Shown here one piece after another: positions 6,715 to 16,097 of a stretch of DNA of 64,000 nt (the stretch's first letter is position 1; each line of letters starts with the position of its first letter). Position numbers and translations under genes: made by a program. Below the pieces are notes generated by a model. That model ran no database searches and was not told the DNA's origin. It worked only from the letters and a program-made list of their open reading frames with translations. Location: contig CAVSEN010000002.1 in assembly GCA_963727055.1 (NCBI GenBank), positions 864,199 through 928,198 on the forward strand, read 5' to 3'. The stretch is from an uncultured Chloroflexia bacterium (GTDB taxonomy: Bacteria > Chloroflexota > Limnocylindria > Limnocylindrales > CSP1-4).

Positions 6715-8709
6715 GTGAAGGAACTCCTGCGTGCTCTCAGCGGTTCCAGATGGTTCGCGACGCGACGTCTCGCCGTGGTCGTCGTCACGACGATCGCGGC
6801 GGTGTCCGCGATGCTGGCGGCGCCGTCGTCGGCGCAGGCCATCGGCGACCCGAGCCCGCCGCAGTGCTTCGTCACCGCGACGCCCAACCCGTCGCCCCTG
6901 GGTTCGCCGGTGTCGTTCCGGTTCTTCGTGAGCACTGGGACCGACACCCCACCGGGACCCTTCGGCGTCGTCGCCTTCTTCGACGGAGCCTCCTTCCTCG
7001 AGGTCGACGCCCTGTTCCCCGACGGCGTGACCGACCACAGCTCGGTCACGGCGACGAGGTCCGACCTCTCCCAGGGCACCCACACGATCCGCGCCGTCCT
7101 CGACCCGCCCCTGCCGCAGTGCGGCGCGGGCGTGACCGTCACGCAGACCGTCAGCGCGCCGGCCTCGAGCACCTCGCTGACGTCCTCGGTGAACCCCTCG
7201 GTCTACGGCCAGGCGACGACGTTCACGGCGAGCGTCACCCGCAGCAACGGAGGTACGCCGGACGGCAGCGTCCAGTTCCAGGCCGACGGCACCGACCTCG
7301 GGGCGCCGCAGACCCTCGACGGGAGCGGCCACGCCGCCATGCCAACCGCGGCGCTGCCCGCGGGACTGCACAACATCACCGCGCACTTCACCTCTAGCGG
7401 CGGTGAGTCCGACAGCGACGGAACGCTGTTTCTCGGCCTGCTTCCTGGCCAGCTCGTTGAGCCGGCAGCGACGACCACGTCCGTCACGAGCTCACCGAAC
7501 CCGTCGGTCGAGGGCGATCCCGTGACACTCGCGGCGAGTGTCGGCGTCGTATCTCCCGGCGGCGGGACGCCAGGCGGAAGCGTGCAGTTCAGCTCCGACG
7601 GGGCGGCCCTCGGTGGGCCGCAGCCGATGGACGGCTCCGGCCACGCGAGCACCACGACCAGCGCGCTCAGTCCCGGCTCGCACACGATCACGGCCACCTA
7701 CCTGCCGGGCGACGGCAATTTCGCCGGCAGCTCGGGGTCGACCAGCCAGTTCGTCAAGGCCGCGACGGTCCTCACCTACACCGGTGCCACGACGTCGGAC
7801 TACCACGACACCGCGACCCTCGCGGCACGGTTGACCAGCCGCGACGACGGCGCACCGCTGGCCGGGCGGCCGGTCGCGTTCACGATGGCCGGTGAGAGCT
7901 GCTCGGGCACCACCGACGCGAACGGCGTCGCGGCCTGTGCGGTCGTCCCGCAGGAGCCCGCCGGCACCTACAGTGTCGGCGCGACGTACGCCGGCGACGG
8001 GACGTACGCCCCGAGCGCGGTGTCACGTCCGTTCGTCGTGACCCGTGAGGAGACCACCACGACGTACACCGGGCCGACCGTGGTCCTCGACGGCGGCACG
8101 CTGAACACCTCCGGACGCCTGCTCGAGGACGGCGTGACCCCGGTCTCCGGCCGCACGCTGACCTTCACTCTCGGGTCGGGCTCGAGCGCCCAGACGTGCA
8201 CGGGGTTCACCGACGCGAGCGGCAACGCGGCCTGCGACATCACGGCGGTCGACCAACCGCTGGGACCAGGCACCGTGACCGCGTCGTTCGCGCAGGACCC
8301 GTACTACGTGACGTCCGCCGACACGAGGTCGGCGGTCGTGTTCGCGTTCCCGAAGGGCGGCGCCTTCGTGGTCGGCGACCTTAGTGCGACCCCGGGGGCG
8401 ACCGTGACCTACTCCGACAGCCAGTGGTCGAAGGTGAACTCGCTCAGCGGCGGCAGCGCACCCTCGTCGTTCAAGGGCTTTGCCACCGACCCCGGCAACC
8501 CACCGGCCTGCGGCGGCACCTTTACCACGGACCCCGGCAACAGCGGCCACCCGCCGTCCGCCGTGCCCAGCTACATGGGCGTCCTGGTGACCTCGAGCGT
8601 GACCAAGTCCGGCTCGACCATCTCCGGCGCCCGCAGCGGCATCGTCGTGGTCAGGACAACCGGCTCGCCCTCGGGCCGCGGAGTAGTGGTCGCCTCGTTC
8701 TGCCCGTGA
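6715..8709 (+). CDS. secreted protein with tandem bacterial Ig-like domains
   Basis: GTG at 6715 follows AGAGGGGG. Signal peptide ..AAVSAMLAAPSSAQA. Repeated ~90-aa modules (SSVNPSVYGQATTFTASV...GSVQF..DG..LG...DGSGHA..). The track ORF begins at 6592, so the start is uncertain. Confidence 0.8.
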   Translation: MKELLRALSGSRWFATRRLAVVVVTTIAAVSAMLAAPSSAQAIGDPSPPQCFVTATPNPSPLGSPVSFRFFVSTGTDTPPGPFGVVAFFDGASFLEVDALFPDGVTDHSSVTATRSDLSQGTHTIRAVLDPPLPQCGAGVTVTQTVSAPASSTSLTSSVNPSVYGQATTFTASVTRSNGGTPDGSVQFQADGTDLGAPQTLDGSGHAAMPTAALPAGLHNITAHFTSSGGESDSDGTLFLGLLPGQLVEPAATTTSVTSSPNPSVEGDPVTLAASVGVVSPGGGTPGGSVQFSSDGAALGGPQPMDGSGHASTTTSALSPGSHTITATYLPGDGNFAGSSGSTSQFVKAATVLTYTGATTSDYHDTATLAARLTSRDDGAPLAGRPVAFTMAGESCSGTTDANGVAACAVVPQEPAGTYSVGATYAGDGTYAPSAVSRPFVVTREETTTTYTGPTVVLDGGTLNTSGRLLEDGVTPVSGRTLTFTLGSGSSAQTCTGFTDASGNAACDITAVDQPLGPGTVTASFAQDPYYVTSADTRSAVVFAFPKGGAFVVGDLSATPGATVTYSDSQWSKVNSLSGGSAPSSFKGFATDPGNPPACGGTFTTDPGNSGHPPSAVPSYMGVLVTSSVTKSGSTISGARSGIVVVRTTGSPSGRGVVVASFCP

Positions 8710-8726
8710 GTGGGACCACCCGACCG

Positions 8727-8825
8727 CTAGCACAGGACCTCGCGCGCGACGGCGTACTTGTGCACCTCGGTGGGACCGTCGTAAAGCCGGAAGGCGCGCA
8801 GGTCCTCCCCCAGCCGGCTGAGTCA
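8727..8825 (-). pseudogene. acyl-CoA dehydrogenase C-terminal fragment
   Basis: Only the last ~32 codons remain: LSRLGEDLRAFRLYDGPTEVHKYAVAREVLC*. This is the typical ACAD C-terminus. No upstream body. Confidence 0.5.
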
Positions 8826-8877
8826 CCTTGACGCCTACCTCCGGACGGGGTGGGCCGAGACGATCCCCGCGGCGGCT

Positions 8878-8946
8878 TCCCACTCGGCCCGCTCTTCAAT
8901 CGGGATGTTGTAGGTTGCAAACGCGCGCCCAACACCTGTCGGGCGC
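8878..8946 (+). repeat. repeat copy B: leader plus tRNA-3'-end copy, truncated by the IS481 end
   Basis: CCCACTCGGCCCGCTCTTCAATCGGGATGTTGTAGGTTGCAAACGCGCGCCCAACACCTGTCGGGCGCA. The core is cut after GGGCGC, where the IS terminus begins. Confidence 0.75.
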
Positions 8947-9995
8947 ACTCCTGTTATGAGTCGCGACATCGGTGACACATGAGTCGCGTCATGCGTGACA
9001 TCTGTGATCAGCGGGTCGCCTGGGACCCCGGCCATCGGCCGGGGTCTCGTCGTTGGTTGCGCCAGTAGCGCCGGTCAGGCTCGATCCGATGGGTCGAGAG
9101 GATCTCGCCGGTGTCGAGGGCAACGACCGTGACCGCCTCCTCGTCGACGATGGCCAGGACTCGCCGCCGGGCATTGACCGCGCCGGTGTTGAGATGGTGG
9201 AGGCGACCGGCGCGGCGCAGGGTGATGGCACCCTTGCTGTCGGCGATGTCGTAGCGCAGGCGGAAGTGGCCCCGAGCGCCGGAGCCGGACGGCAGCGCCT
9301 TGGGCAGCGCTCGATAGGCCTCGCCGGGCGTGGCCCGGCCGATCGCCCGATGTGGCCGGCGCTCGTTGTAGGCGAGGCGGAAGGCGTCGAGCTGGGCCTG
9401 CAACTCGGCCAGCGTGCGGGCTGCCGGCTGACGCTCGAGCCAGCGCTTGAGGGTCTGGTGGAAGCGCTCGATCTTGCCCTGGGTCTGAGGGTGGCCCGGC
9501 GCGCCGTTCTTCTGGCGGACCCCGAGGTAGGCGAGCAGGTACTCGAAGCCGTTGCGGCCGCCGGTGAAGCGCGACATGTAGACGGCGCCGTTGTCGGTGA
9601 GCGTGGCGGCGGGCCAGCCGTGAGCGTCGCCGGCGGCGCTGAACGTGGCCACCACGTCGTCGCCGGTGACCCGGCTGAACACGGTGCAGGCGAGCAGGTA
9701 GCGCGAGTGGTCGTCGAGCCAGTTGAGGATCTCGACCTCGCTCCCGTCGGCGAGGTGCCAATGGGTGAAGTCGGACTGCCACAGCTCGTTGGGCGCCGCG
9801 GCTTCGAAGCGGATCCACGAGCTGCGCGGGCGCTTGCGCGGCTGGGGCACGACCAGTCCGGCGGCGTGGAGGATGCGCCGGATCGTCGAGCTCGATGGCA
9901 CCCGCAGGCCCTCGCGCTCGAGGTGCCAGGCGATCGTGTCGGTCCCGCGTCGAGGCCGCTGGCGCTGAGCTCGGTCCGCAGGACGACGAGGGACT
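8947..9995 (-). mobile_element. IS481-family insertion sequence remnant (one end intact, the other deleted)
   Basis: The terminus has two tandem ~22-nt repeats ATGAGTCGCG(A/T)CAT(C/G)(G/C)GTGACA at 8955-9000. The transposase gene fills the rest, and homology ends near 9995. Confidence 0.75.
9008..9988 (-). pseudogene. IS481-family DDE (rve) transposase, N-terminally truncated and frameshifted
   Basis: ..TIAWHLEREGLRVPSSSTIRRILHAAGLV..WQSDFTHWHLADGSEVEILNWLDDHSRYLL..TDNGAVYMS..PQTQGKIERFHQTLKRWL. The upstream piece VVLRTELSASGLDAGP is in another frame (shift near 9941), and the N-terminal HTH region is missing. Confidence 0.8.
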
Positions 9996-10109
9996 ACCCC
10001 ACCCCCGGGCGCGCACGGTCATGCCCGGTCCCTCCGCGCGGAGTTGCATTGGAGGCACGCCGGGCGGACGCTATGGCCAGCAGTAGCCGACTTAGAACGA
10101 GGGGCGCGC

Positions 10110-10772
10110 TCAGGCGACCGGGACCCCTTGCGAGCCAGCATCTCTTAAGCCCTGCCTCAACGCGACGAGCGCCTTACGGCCTTGCCCACGCACGGCCGTG
10201 CGGATGGACGGCAGGTCCATGCCCGAGAGCAATGCGTGACGGACGTAATCGACAACGCCTCGATGCAAGCCCACGAGGGCGTTGGCTACCACCCAGGACC
10301 CGAGGTCGTCAGCTTCTGCGCCGCCCTCAGCCGCGATGACGCCAGCGAGCGCCGAGGCATAGCGGTCGTAGATCAGGCGCTCGCGTGCCTGCAGGCTCGG
10401 ACTCTGACTGATCACTCGCGCCACCGATCGCATCGCCGCGGCATCCTCGGGCGCATCGGATGCCAGGTAGCCCCGTATGTTGAACACGAAGTCCGCGAAG
10501 GCGTCCAGCACCGCGCTGCCCGCCGGCCGATGGCGAACGGCATCGAGCATCTCGGCCCCGAAGTCCTCGAGGGCGTGGAAGACGAGGTCCTCCTTGGCGG
10601 GGAAGTAGTTGAAGACCGTCGCCTCGGACACGTCCGCTGCCCGGGCGATCTCCGCGACGGTCACCTGCTCGAAGCCACGTTCGACGATCAGCGACCAAGC
10701 GGCGTCCGCGATCTGCTGACGGGTCCGCTGCTTCTTGCGCTCGCGTAAGCCCAGCTCGGGTGCCACACGCAC
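10110..10772 (-). CDS. TetR/AcrR family transcriptional regulator
   Basis: RERKKQRTRQQIADAAWSLIVERGFEQVTVAEIARAADVSEATVFNYFPAKEDLV. Confidence 0.9.
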   Translation of the reverse strand: MRVAPELGLRERKKQRTRQQIADAAWSLIVERGFEQVTVAEIARAADVSEATVFNYFPAKEDLVFHALEDFGAEMLDAVRHRPAGSAVLDAFADFVFNIRGYLASDAPEDAAAMRSVARVISQSPSLQARERLIYDRYASALAGVIAAEGGAEADDLGSWVVANALVGLHRGVVDYVRHALLSGMDLPSIRTAVRGQGRKALVALRQGLRDAGSQGVPVA

Positions 10773-10802
10773 ATCTTACCACGCAATCGTGCGGCTGCAA
10801 TA

Positions 10803-10840
10803 AGTCTACTGTTGCCCTAATCTTCTAGTAACTGTAGACT
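10803..10840. promoter_or_regulatory. candidate TetR operator in the divergent intergenic region
   Basis: Inverted repeat AGTCTACTGTT ... AACTGTAGACT (10 of 11 complementary) in an AT-richer stretch between the divergent TetR gene (10772) and the DUF998 gene (10934). Confidence 0.35.
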
Positions 10841-10933
10841 GACGAGCACTGGCCGGAGTCGCGGACTCGGGGCGGTCACTCAAACAGAAGACAGATGGTC
10901 GTCCTCCGGCAATCCGGGGGTAAGGAGGTCTCG

Positions 10934-11620
10934 ATGGTGTCACGCCTTGGCGCTGGATCTGCCGCACGGGAGCATTCGAGCGGCGGTGTCGGCTGGGTCG
11001 GCTTGGCCGGAGTCGCCGGCGTCGCGCTCCTCATGCTGGCCGACGTCCTGAGCATCCTCCAGCGTCCCGACTACTCGCCCATCAACCAGACGATCAGCGA
11101 CCTCGGGATCGGCTACAACGGCTGGCTCATCGACGCCTCGCTGGTGGTGCTGGGCCTGTGCCTGATAGGCGTCGCGGTCGCCTTTTACCGGACGGTCCGA
11201 CCGCCGCGGAGCGGCGTCCTTCGGTTGGCTGCCACGCTTCTCCTGGCGTGCGTGGGCGTCGGATATCTCGTTGCCGGGGTCTTCCCGGAGACCCAGTTGC
11301 AGTACCACTACACGGGCGCCGCGCTGGTCTTCCTCGGTTCCCTCCTCGGCCTTCCGACGGCGGGAATCCTCCTGCGACGCGATCCGGAATGGCGCTCGTG
11401 GGGCAATCGTTCCTTGCTCGCCAGCCTCGTCTTGGTGGTTCTCGTCGGCGTGATGGGTTTCACCTTCGCCTCCTACACCTTCGACGCGGACGGGGTCTAT
11501 CGCAGCGGCGCGTGGGGCGGGCTGATGGAGCGGATCGTGTTCGGCGTGATCCTGCTGTGGTTCGGCCTCGCGGGGTTCCTGTCGTGGCGCCGGAACCGCT
11601 CGATGCGAGTGAAAGGCTGA
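10934..11620 (+). CDS. DUF998-like membrane protein
   Basis: The ATG at 10934 follows TAAGGAGG. Motif YSPINQTISDLG followed by 5-6 TM helices. Confidence 0.75.
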   Translation: MVSRLGAGSAAREHSSGGVGWVGLAGVAGVALLMLADVLSILQRPDYSPINQTISDLGIGYNGWLIDASLVVLGLCLIGVAVAFYRTVRPPRSGVLRLAATLLLACVGVGYLVAGVFPETQLQYHYTGAALVFLGSLLGLPTAGILLRRDPEWRSWGNRSLLASLVLVVLVGVMGFTFASYTFDADGVYRSGAWGGLMERIVFGVILLWFGLAGFLSWRRNRSMRVKG

Positions 11621-11800
11621 TGGACGTCGAGCCCTGGGTCCATTTCCTGCACGTGGCCGCCGCCTCGGTTTGGGTTGGGCGGCGGCATCATCATGGCCGT
11701 TGTAGGAGTCCACACCCGCCGCAGCACAGACCCTGCGCGCCTCGCCGACTTTGCCCAGTTGCTCCCTTTCGCGGGTCTGCGCGTCCTCACGGCGCTGCTG
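11620..11800 (+). pseudogene. CopD-like membrane protein N-terminal fragment, frameshifted
   Basis: The ATG overlaps the preceding stop. MDVEPWVHFLHVAAASVWVG, then continues in the +1 frame as GGIIMAVVGVHTRR..LADFAQLLPFAGLRVLTALL. The shift is at a G run near 11680. Short and uncertain. Confidence 0.3.
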
Positions 11801-11876
11801 CCAGCGCTGCGGCTGCCTGATGCCGCCCCGCGCAGAGCTCGGCAGCGGCGTCAATGCGGTCGAAGGAGATTGCGGC

Positions 11877-12389
11877 ATGAACGCGCGCGATTCCATGCCT
11901 GACCTGGTGGGTGGCGAAGGGACTCCGCCGGAACGAACGAATCCGGGCCTCGCGAATCGCGCCCGGATCATGGCTGTGCTGAACGTGCCGATGCGCGTGC
12001 TGCTGAGCATGCCGTTTCGCACGCCGCTCAGTCGCACCTTGATGCTCATCTCATTCCGCGGCCGCCGCACGGGCAAGCAGTACCGCCAGCCGGTCAGCTA
12101 CGTGCCCTATCAGGGCGATCTCCTGACTCCGGGTGGTGGCCGATGGAAGCTGAACCTGCGCGATGACGAGCCGATCTCGGCCAACGTGAACGGGAAGCGG
12201 GTGCTGCTCCGACCCGAGTTCGTGCGGGACATCGACGAGGTCGGCCGGCTCGTCGGCCACATGCTCACGCTCAACCCGCGCGCCGCCGGGTTCATGCCCT
12301 TCGTGCAGGACGGTGCGGTTGACCGTGATCGGCTTGAGGCAGCCCTGTCGTACGGCTTCGCCATCGTGCGCTGGCACCTGCTCGAGTGA
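11877..12389 (+). CDS. nitroreductase/deazaflavin-dependent oxidoreductase-like protein (family uncertain)
   Basis: The ATG at 11877 follows GAAGGAGA. LMLISFRGRRTGKQYRQPVSY..GGGRWKLNL resembles the DUF385/F420H2-dependent reductase fold. It sits next to an F420-type LLM gene. Confidence 0.5.
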   Translation: MNARDSMPDLVGGEGTPPERTNPGLANRARIMAVLNVPMRVLLSMPFRTPLSRTLMLISFRGRRTGKQYRQPVSYVPYQGDLLTPGGGRWKLNLRDDEPISANVNGKRVLLRPEFVRDIDEVGRLVGHMLTLNPRAAGFMPFVQDGAVDRDRLEAALSYGFAIVRWHLLE

Positions 12390-12561
12390 GGACCGAGATG
12401 GAAGTCGACGTCATCGGCCATGGCCCGGATGGCTGGCGGATCCACCAACGCATTGTCCTTGCCCACCGGCTGCCGCTCGGTGGGCAGCTTGCCAGCTGTT
12501 ACGACTCTGAAGCCGAGCCATTGATGCTGGCCGTATCCCACCGTCTCAATGAGGTTCCCGA

Positions 12562-13443
12562 ATGAAGCTCGGATTGCACATCCCATCGACCACGTGGCGT
12601 GGTGGGCCCCCCGCCCTCCGTGAGAACCTAGTCCGGATCGTCGAGACGGCCGACAGGGTGGGATTCGATGCCATCTGCGTGGTGGACCACGTCTGGCAGA
12701 GCCCGCACATGGGCGGTCCCCTCGAAAGTGAGATCGAGGCCTACACCACGCTCGGGTTCATCGCGGCGCATACCGAATCGGTGCGGCTGATGACCCTTGC
12801 GACCGCGGCCTCGTACCGACCACCTGGCCTCCTGGCGAAGATGGTCACGACGCTTGACGTGCTCACAGGTGGGCGGATGCTGCTGGGCATTGGCGCGGGC
12901 GACTACCCGGAGGAAGCGGAGGGCCTGGGTCTCGCGTACCCGTCGCTCAGAGAGCGCTTCGAGATCCTGGAGGAGACCGTGAAGGTGTGCCTGCAGATGT
13001 GGGAGGGAGAGCACGGCGACGAGCAGCCGTTCACGGGCCAGCATGTTCGACTGACGCGGGCCCTCAACGTGCCACAGAGCCTCAGCCGGCCACACCCTCC
13101 GATTCTGATCGCTGGCAGCGGGGAACGCCGAACGCTGCCCCTTGTCGCTCGCTACGCGGATGCGTGCAACCTGCGCCCATCCCAGGAGGTCCCGCGACAG
13201 CTCGACCTCCTGCGCCGCCTGTGCGACGAAGCCGGCCGCGACTACGATCGCATTGAGAAGACCGCACCGTTCGCATTCGATGTGGGCGAGGACGGATCCA
13301 AGGTCCACGAAGTCATCGGTCAGCTTCGCTGGCTGTCGAGCATGGGCATCGAGACAGTCCTGGGCTGGGTTGTTGGGGTCGACCGGATCACCCCGCTCGA
13401 GATCATGGGCCGCGAGGTCGTTCCTGCCGTGGCCGAGCTGTAG
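12562..13443 (+). CDS. LLM-class (luciferase-like) F420-dependent oxidoreductase
   Basis: MKLGLHIP...FDAICVVDHV...YTTLGFIAAHTESVRLMTLATAASYRPPGLLAKMVTTLDVLTGGRMLLGIGAG...PPILIAGSGERRTLPLVARYADACN. Confidence 0.85.
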   Translation: MKLGLHIPSTTWRGGPPALRENLVRIVETADRVGFDAICVVDHVWQSPHMGGPLESEIEAYTTLGFIAAHTESVRLMTLATAASYRPPGLLAKMVTTLDVLTGGRMLLGIGAGDYPEEAEGLGLAYPSLRERFEILEETVKVCLQMWEGEHGDEQPFTGQHVRLTRALNVPQSLSRPHPPILIAGSGERRTLPLVARYADACNLRPSQEVPRQLDLLRRLCDEAGRDYDRIEKTAPFAFDVGEDGSKVHEVIGQLRWLSSMGIETVLGWVVGVDRITPLEIMGREVVPAVAEL

Positions 13444-13584
13444 TCACGATTCTGGGGTGGTGGCGGGCCGGAGCCGCCGCGCGGTGACTTGGTTGAGAGG
13501 ACGTCTTGCGCGACGTGGTGCCGAGTCGCGAGTCGGATTCGAGGTTCGGTACTACCAGCCAACCCTCGGCTCGTTCTCGGTAGA

Positions 13585-13977
13585 TCAGCTGCTCGGTGCT
13601 AGGCCCGACCTTGCGCGAAGGTCGGCGAGGTGCCGCTTGACGGTGCTCGGACGACAACCCACCTGTCCGGCGGCCTTGGGGACGGATCCGCCAGCCGCCA
13701 CGTAGGCCGCAAGGGCCTTCATCTGGGCCGGAGTCGCGGTCGACGGGAGCGCGCCGCGCTGGTAACCGTCTCTCATGCCATGAGCCTTGAGACGGCGGCG
13801 ACACACTCGTCGCGGCCCTGCGACCACGATCCGCTCGTAGACGGCGTGCATCAGATCTGCTTTCTCCTTCGGTACGTCTGCGATCTGGGTGGCCCTCGTC
13901 AGGCGGTTATTGGGGCGGGCTGGTTCGCTGGGCCCTGCTAAGGTCGCCTCCGTGACGCCCGACCGATCCCCTGCCAC
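13585..13977 (-). CDS. divergent LuxR-like HTH protein with an N-terminal segment matching the remnant peptide; possible frameshift at its 3' end
   Basis: ..KEKADLMHAVYERIVVAGPRRV.. then TPAQMKALAAYVAAGGSVPKAAGQVGCRPSTVKRHLADLRA. The family-typical continuation KVGPSTEQLIYRERAEGW is in another frame from ~13612. Confidence 0.5.
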   Translation of the reverse strand: MAGDRSGVTEATLAGPSEPARPNNRLTRATQIADVPKEKADLMHAVYERIVVAGPRRVCRRRLKAHGMRDGYQRGALPSTATPAQMKALAAYVAAGGSVPKAAGQVGCRPSTVKRHLADLRARSGLAPSS

Positions 13978-14081
13978 CGTCGGCGCCGCGTCGCGTCTCC
14001 CAGCGCGTAGGAACGCCAGCTCGATCCGGATCCTGCTCGTCGCGGTCGCGAGCGGGGCTCGCGATCGGCATCGCCACCTCG

Positions 14082-14618
14082 ATGGCGCAGGGGTCGCTGC
14101 CGGAGGGGCTGGCGCCCCTGGCCAACTCGTCGGGGTCGTGGTGCCTGTGCGCCTTCGCCCTTGCGCTGCTCGAGCGCGATCCGCGACGGGCCGCCCTGGT
14201 CGGGTTCGCGTCGCTCGTCGCCATGCTCGCCGGCTACGCGCTGGCGACGGAGCTCCGCGGGTACCCGGTCGGGACCTCGATGTTCGTCCGCTGGGGCGCT
14301 GCGGCAGTCATCGCCGGGCCCGCCGTCGGTGTAGGTGCTGCGTGGCTGAGGGGCCCGAACCCGCTCCGCGCCGCTGCCGGGGTCGCCCCGATCGCCGGCA
14401 TCCTCCTAGGCGAAGGACTGTACGGGCTCACCGTGGTGGCGGCGACGACATCTGTCGGCTACTGGATCGGCGAGCTGGCCGTCGGCCTCGTGCTCGTGGT
14501 CCTCGCGGCGATCCGCATTCGAACCTGGCGCGGGATCGCGCTGATGCTGGCGCTCTCGGCCATCGCGACCGTCGTCTTCTACCTCGTGTACACGCTCGCG
14601 CTCGGCGCACTGTTCTGA
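14082..14618 (+). CDS. hypothetical integral membrane protein
   Basis: Five to six hydrophobic helices. Divergent from the HTH gene at 13977. Weak RBS, so the start is uncertain. Confidence 0.6.
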   Translation: MAQGSLPEGLAPLANSSGSWCLCAFALALLERDPRRAALVGFASLVAMLAGYALATELRGYPVGTSMFVRWGAAAVIAGPAVGVGAAWLRGPNPLRAAAGVAPIAGILLGEGLYGLTVVAATTSVGYWIGELAVGLVLVVLAAIRIRTWRGIALMLALSAIATVVFYLVYTLALGALF

Positions 14619-14664
14619 TCCTCCGGCGCGTCTGGGCTCGGGACCGTCTGTCCTCGGGCAGACG

Positions 14665-14856
14665 CTACCCGTCCGTCCCGGACGTGCCCTCGGGCTCGGG
14701 CAGCCGCAGCGCGAGGATCCACACCAGCTGCGCCGTCGACTCCGCCCCGACCTTCGACCGGGCGTTCGCCAGGTGGTGCTTCACGGTCGAGTGCGATAGG
14801 CCGAGGCGGTGGGCCGCCGCCTTCTCCGAGCCGGCCTCCAGGACGGCAGCGACCAC
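14665..14856 (-). CDS. LuxR/GerE-type HTH (copy F), 5'-truncated; possibly a pseudogene
   Basis: (ATDREVVV)VAAVLEAGSEKAAAHRLGLSHSTVKHHLANARSKVGAESTAQLVWILALRLPEP. An in-frame TAG lies at 14884-14886 and the conserved leader is absent. Only an internal GTG start is available. Confidence 0.55.
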   Translation of the reverse strand: MVAAVLEAGSEKAAAHRLGLSHSTVKHHLANARSKVGAESTAQLVWILALRLPEPEGTSGTDG

Positions 14857-14954
14857 GACGACCTCGCGGTCAGTGGCCGCGACCTAGGACCACCGGGCTC
14901 GACGGGTACGTCTGTCTAGGTGCGGACCGAAGGATGCTCGCGAACGTTGGTTCC

Positions 14955-15428
14955 CTAGTCGGGCGTCGGCGTGTTCGAGGTCGCCGGGATGCCAGCCAGG
15001 ATCCGGCGGCGCAACCGGGCGAGGTTCTTGCGGGTCTCGGCTCGACCGACCGCCGGGAAGATCGGGTCCAGAAGGTTCAGGGGGAACCGCATGCGGCCCG
15101 TCGCGCTGTAGGTGATCCGGCACCGCTCCTCCCCGACAGGGTCCACGGTGTAGGTCACGATCGACTCGACGTGGGGACCGCCCCGGAGGGCCGCAGTCAG
15201 GAAGTGCCCTTCCTCGACGATCCGGACGTCGCCGTCGAGGTGCGTGGCCTTGCCCGCGTAGACCCGCCCGGCGGTGAACCGCATCCCGACGAAGAGGGGA
15301 CCCTGGTCGATCTGCTTGACATCGAGGATGCCGTGCTCCCATAGCGGCACCTGCTCGAGAGCGGCGAGGTACGGCCACACGACCGCCGCTGGCCGCTCGA
15401 TCTCCATGCCCTGGCTGATCTTGAACAC
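14955..15428 (-). CDS. SRPBCC (polyketide cyclase/dehydrase-like) family protein
   Basis: MFKISQGMEIERPAAVVWPYLAALEQVPLWEHGILDVKQIDQG... Size and pattern are typical of the SRPBCC fold. Confidence 0.75.
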   Translation of the reverse strand: MFKISQGMEIERPAAVVWPYLAALEQVPLWEHGILDVKQIDQGPLFVGMRFTAGRVYAGKATHLDGDVRIVEEGHFLTAALRGGPHVESIVTYTVDPVGEERCRITYSATGRMRFPLNLLDPIFPAVGRAETRKNLARLRRRILAGIPATSNTPTPD

Positions 15429-15722
15429 GGTCGGGACGCTCCTTCGCAGTCGACCCTGCAGGTCGGGTTCCCACTATCTTCCGGTCGCATCAGCTGTGCA
15501 ATGGGCCCATTGCGGCGACCAGTTCGAGCAAGCGGACCCGTATGCCACTCGAAGATCGCCCATAGGCGAGTACTCGGGGGCCGTGGGTCGGAGCCACGAT
15601 CGGCCTGCGTGGCCAGCGACGCGTCTCACGCTGAGGCGGAATCCTGGCGGGGAAGTCACCACCGCCCACGTCCGGATAGTGGAGGTCAATCAGGAGCCCT
15701 ACGACCCGCGTCAAGGAGGCTG

Positions 15723-16004
15723 CTACTCGTCCGCTTCGGCCATGCCCCCCGGTTCAGGCAACCGCGGCGCGAGGATCCACACGAGCTGCGCCGTGGTCTC
15801 CGCCCCCACCTTGCACCGGGCGATCGCCAGGTGATGCTTGACGGTCGAGTGCGACAGCCCGAGGTGATAGGCCGCTGCCTTCTCTGACCCGGCCGACAAG
15901 ACGGCAGCAACGACAGTGAGCTCACGGTCCGTCGCGACGTCCGCCGGGCCGCGGGGCACCGCCCTGCGGGATCTCACGCCAGCCGTCTCGCCGCGGCCAG
16001 CCAC
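15723..16004 (-). CDS. small LuxR/GerE-family HTH regulator (copy C)
   Basis: Conserved GTG at 16004 after GAGGG. TDRELTVVAAVLSAGSEKAAAYHLGLSHSTVKHHLAIARCKVGAETTAQLVWILAPRLPEP. Confidence 0.75.
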   Translation of the reverse strand: MAGRGETAGVRSRRAVPRGPADVATDRELTVVAAVLSAGSEKAAAYHLGLSHSTVKHHLAIARCKVGAETTAQLVWILAPRLPEPGGMAEADE

Positions 16005-16071
16005 TCATCGCGGCCCTCGATCAGGATCTCGCAGGTTGCTAGCGCGCGCCCGAAACCTGTCGGGCGCGCCA
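16005..16071 (+). repeat. repeat copy C: LuxR leader ending in a tRNA-Arg 3'-end copy (16057-16071)
   Basis: TCATCGCGGCCCTCGATCAGGATCTCGCAGGTTGCTAGCGCGCGCCCGAAACCTGTCGGGCGCGCCA. Homology stops after CCA. Confidence 0.8.
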
Positions 16072-16097
16072 TTGGAACCTCTTGGTACCCTGAGGGC

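Noticed and set aside
5893-7386. 497-aa minus-strand ORF
   Set aside because: Only the last 106 codons (the LuxR copy) are meaningful. The remainder is antisense to the Ig-like protein gene and runs through the repeat block. The paralog copy C has a stop exactly before the conserved GTG.
6715-8709. Periodic DNA repeats that might be mistaken for a CRISPR or tandem-repeat array (also 26885-26985)
   Set aside because: Both are in-frame coding repeats (Ig-like domains, and the TPKP tail). No short identical repeats with unique spacers occur anywhere in the window.
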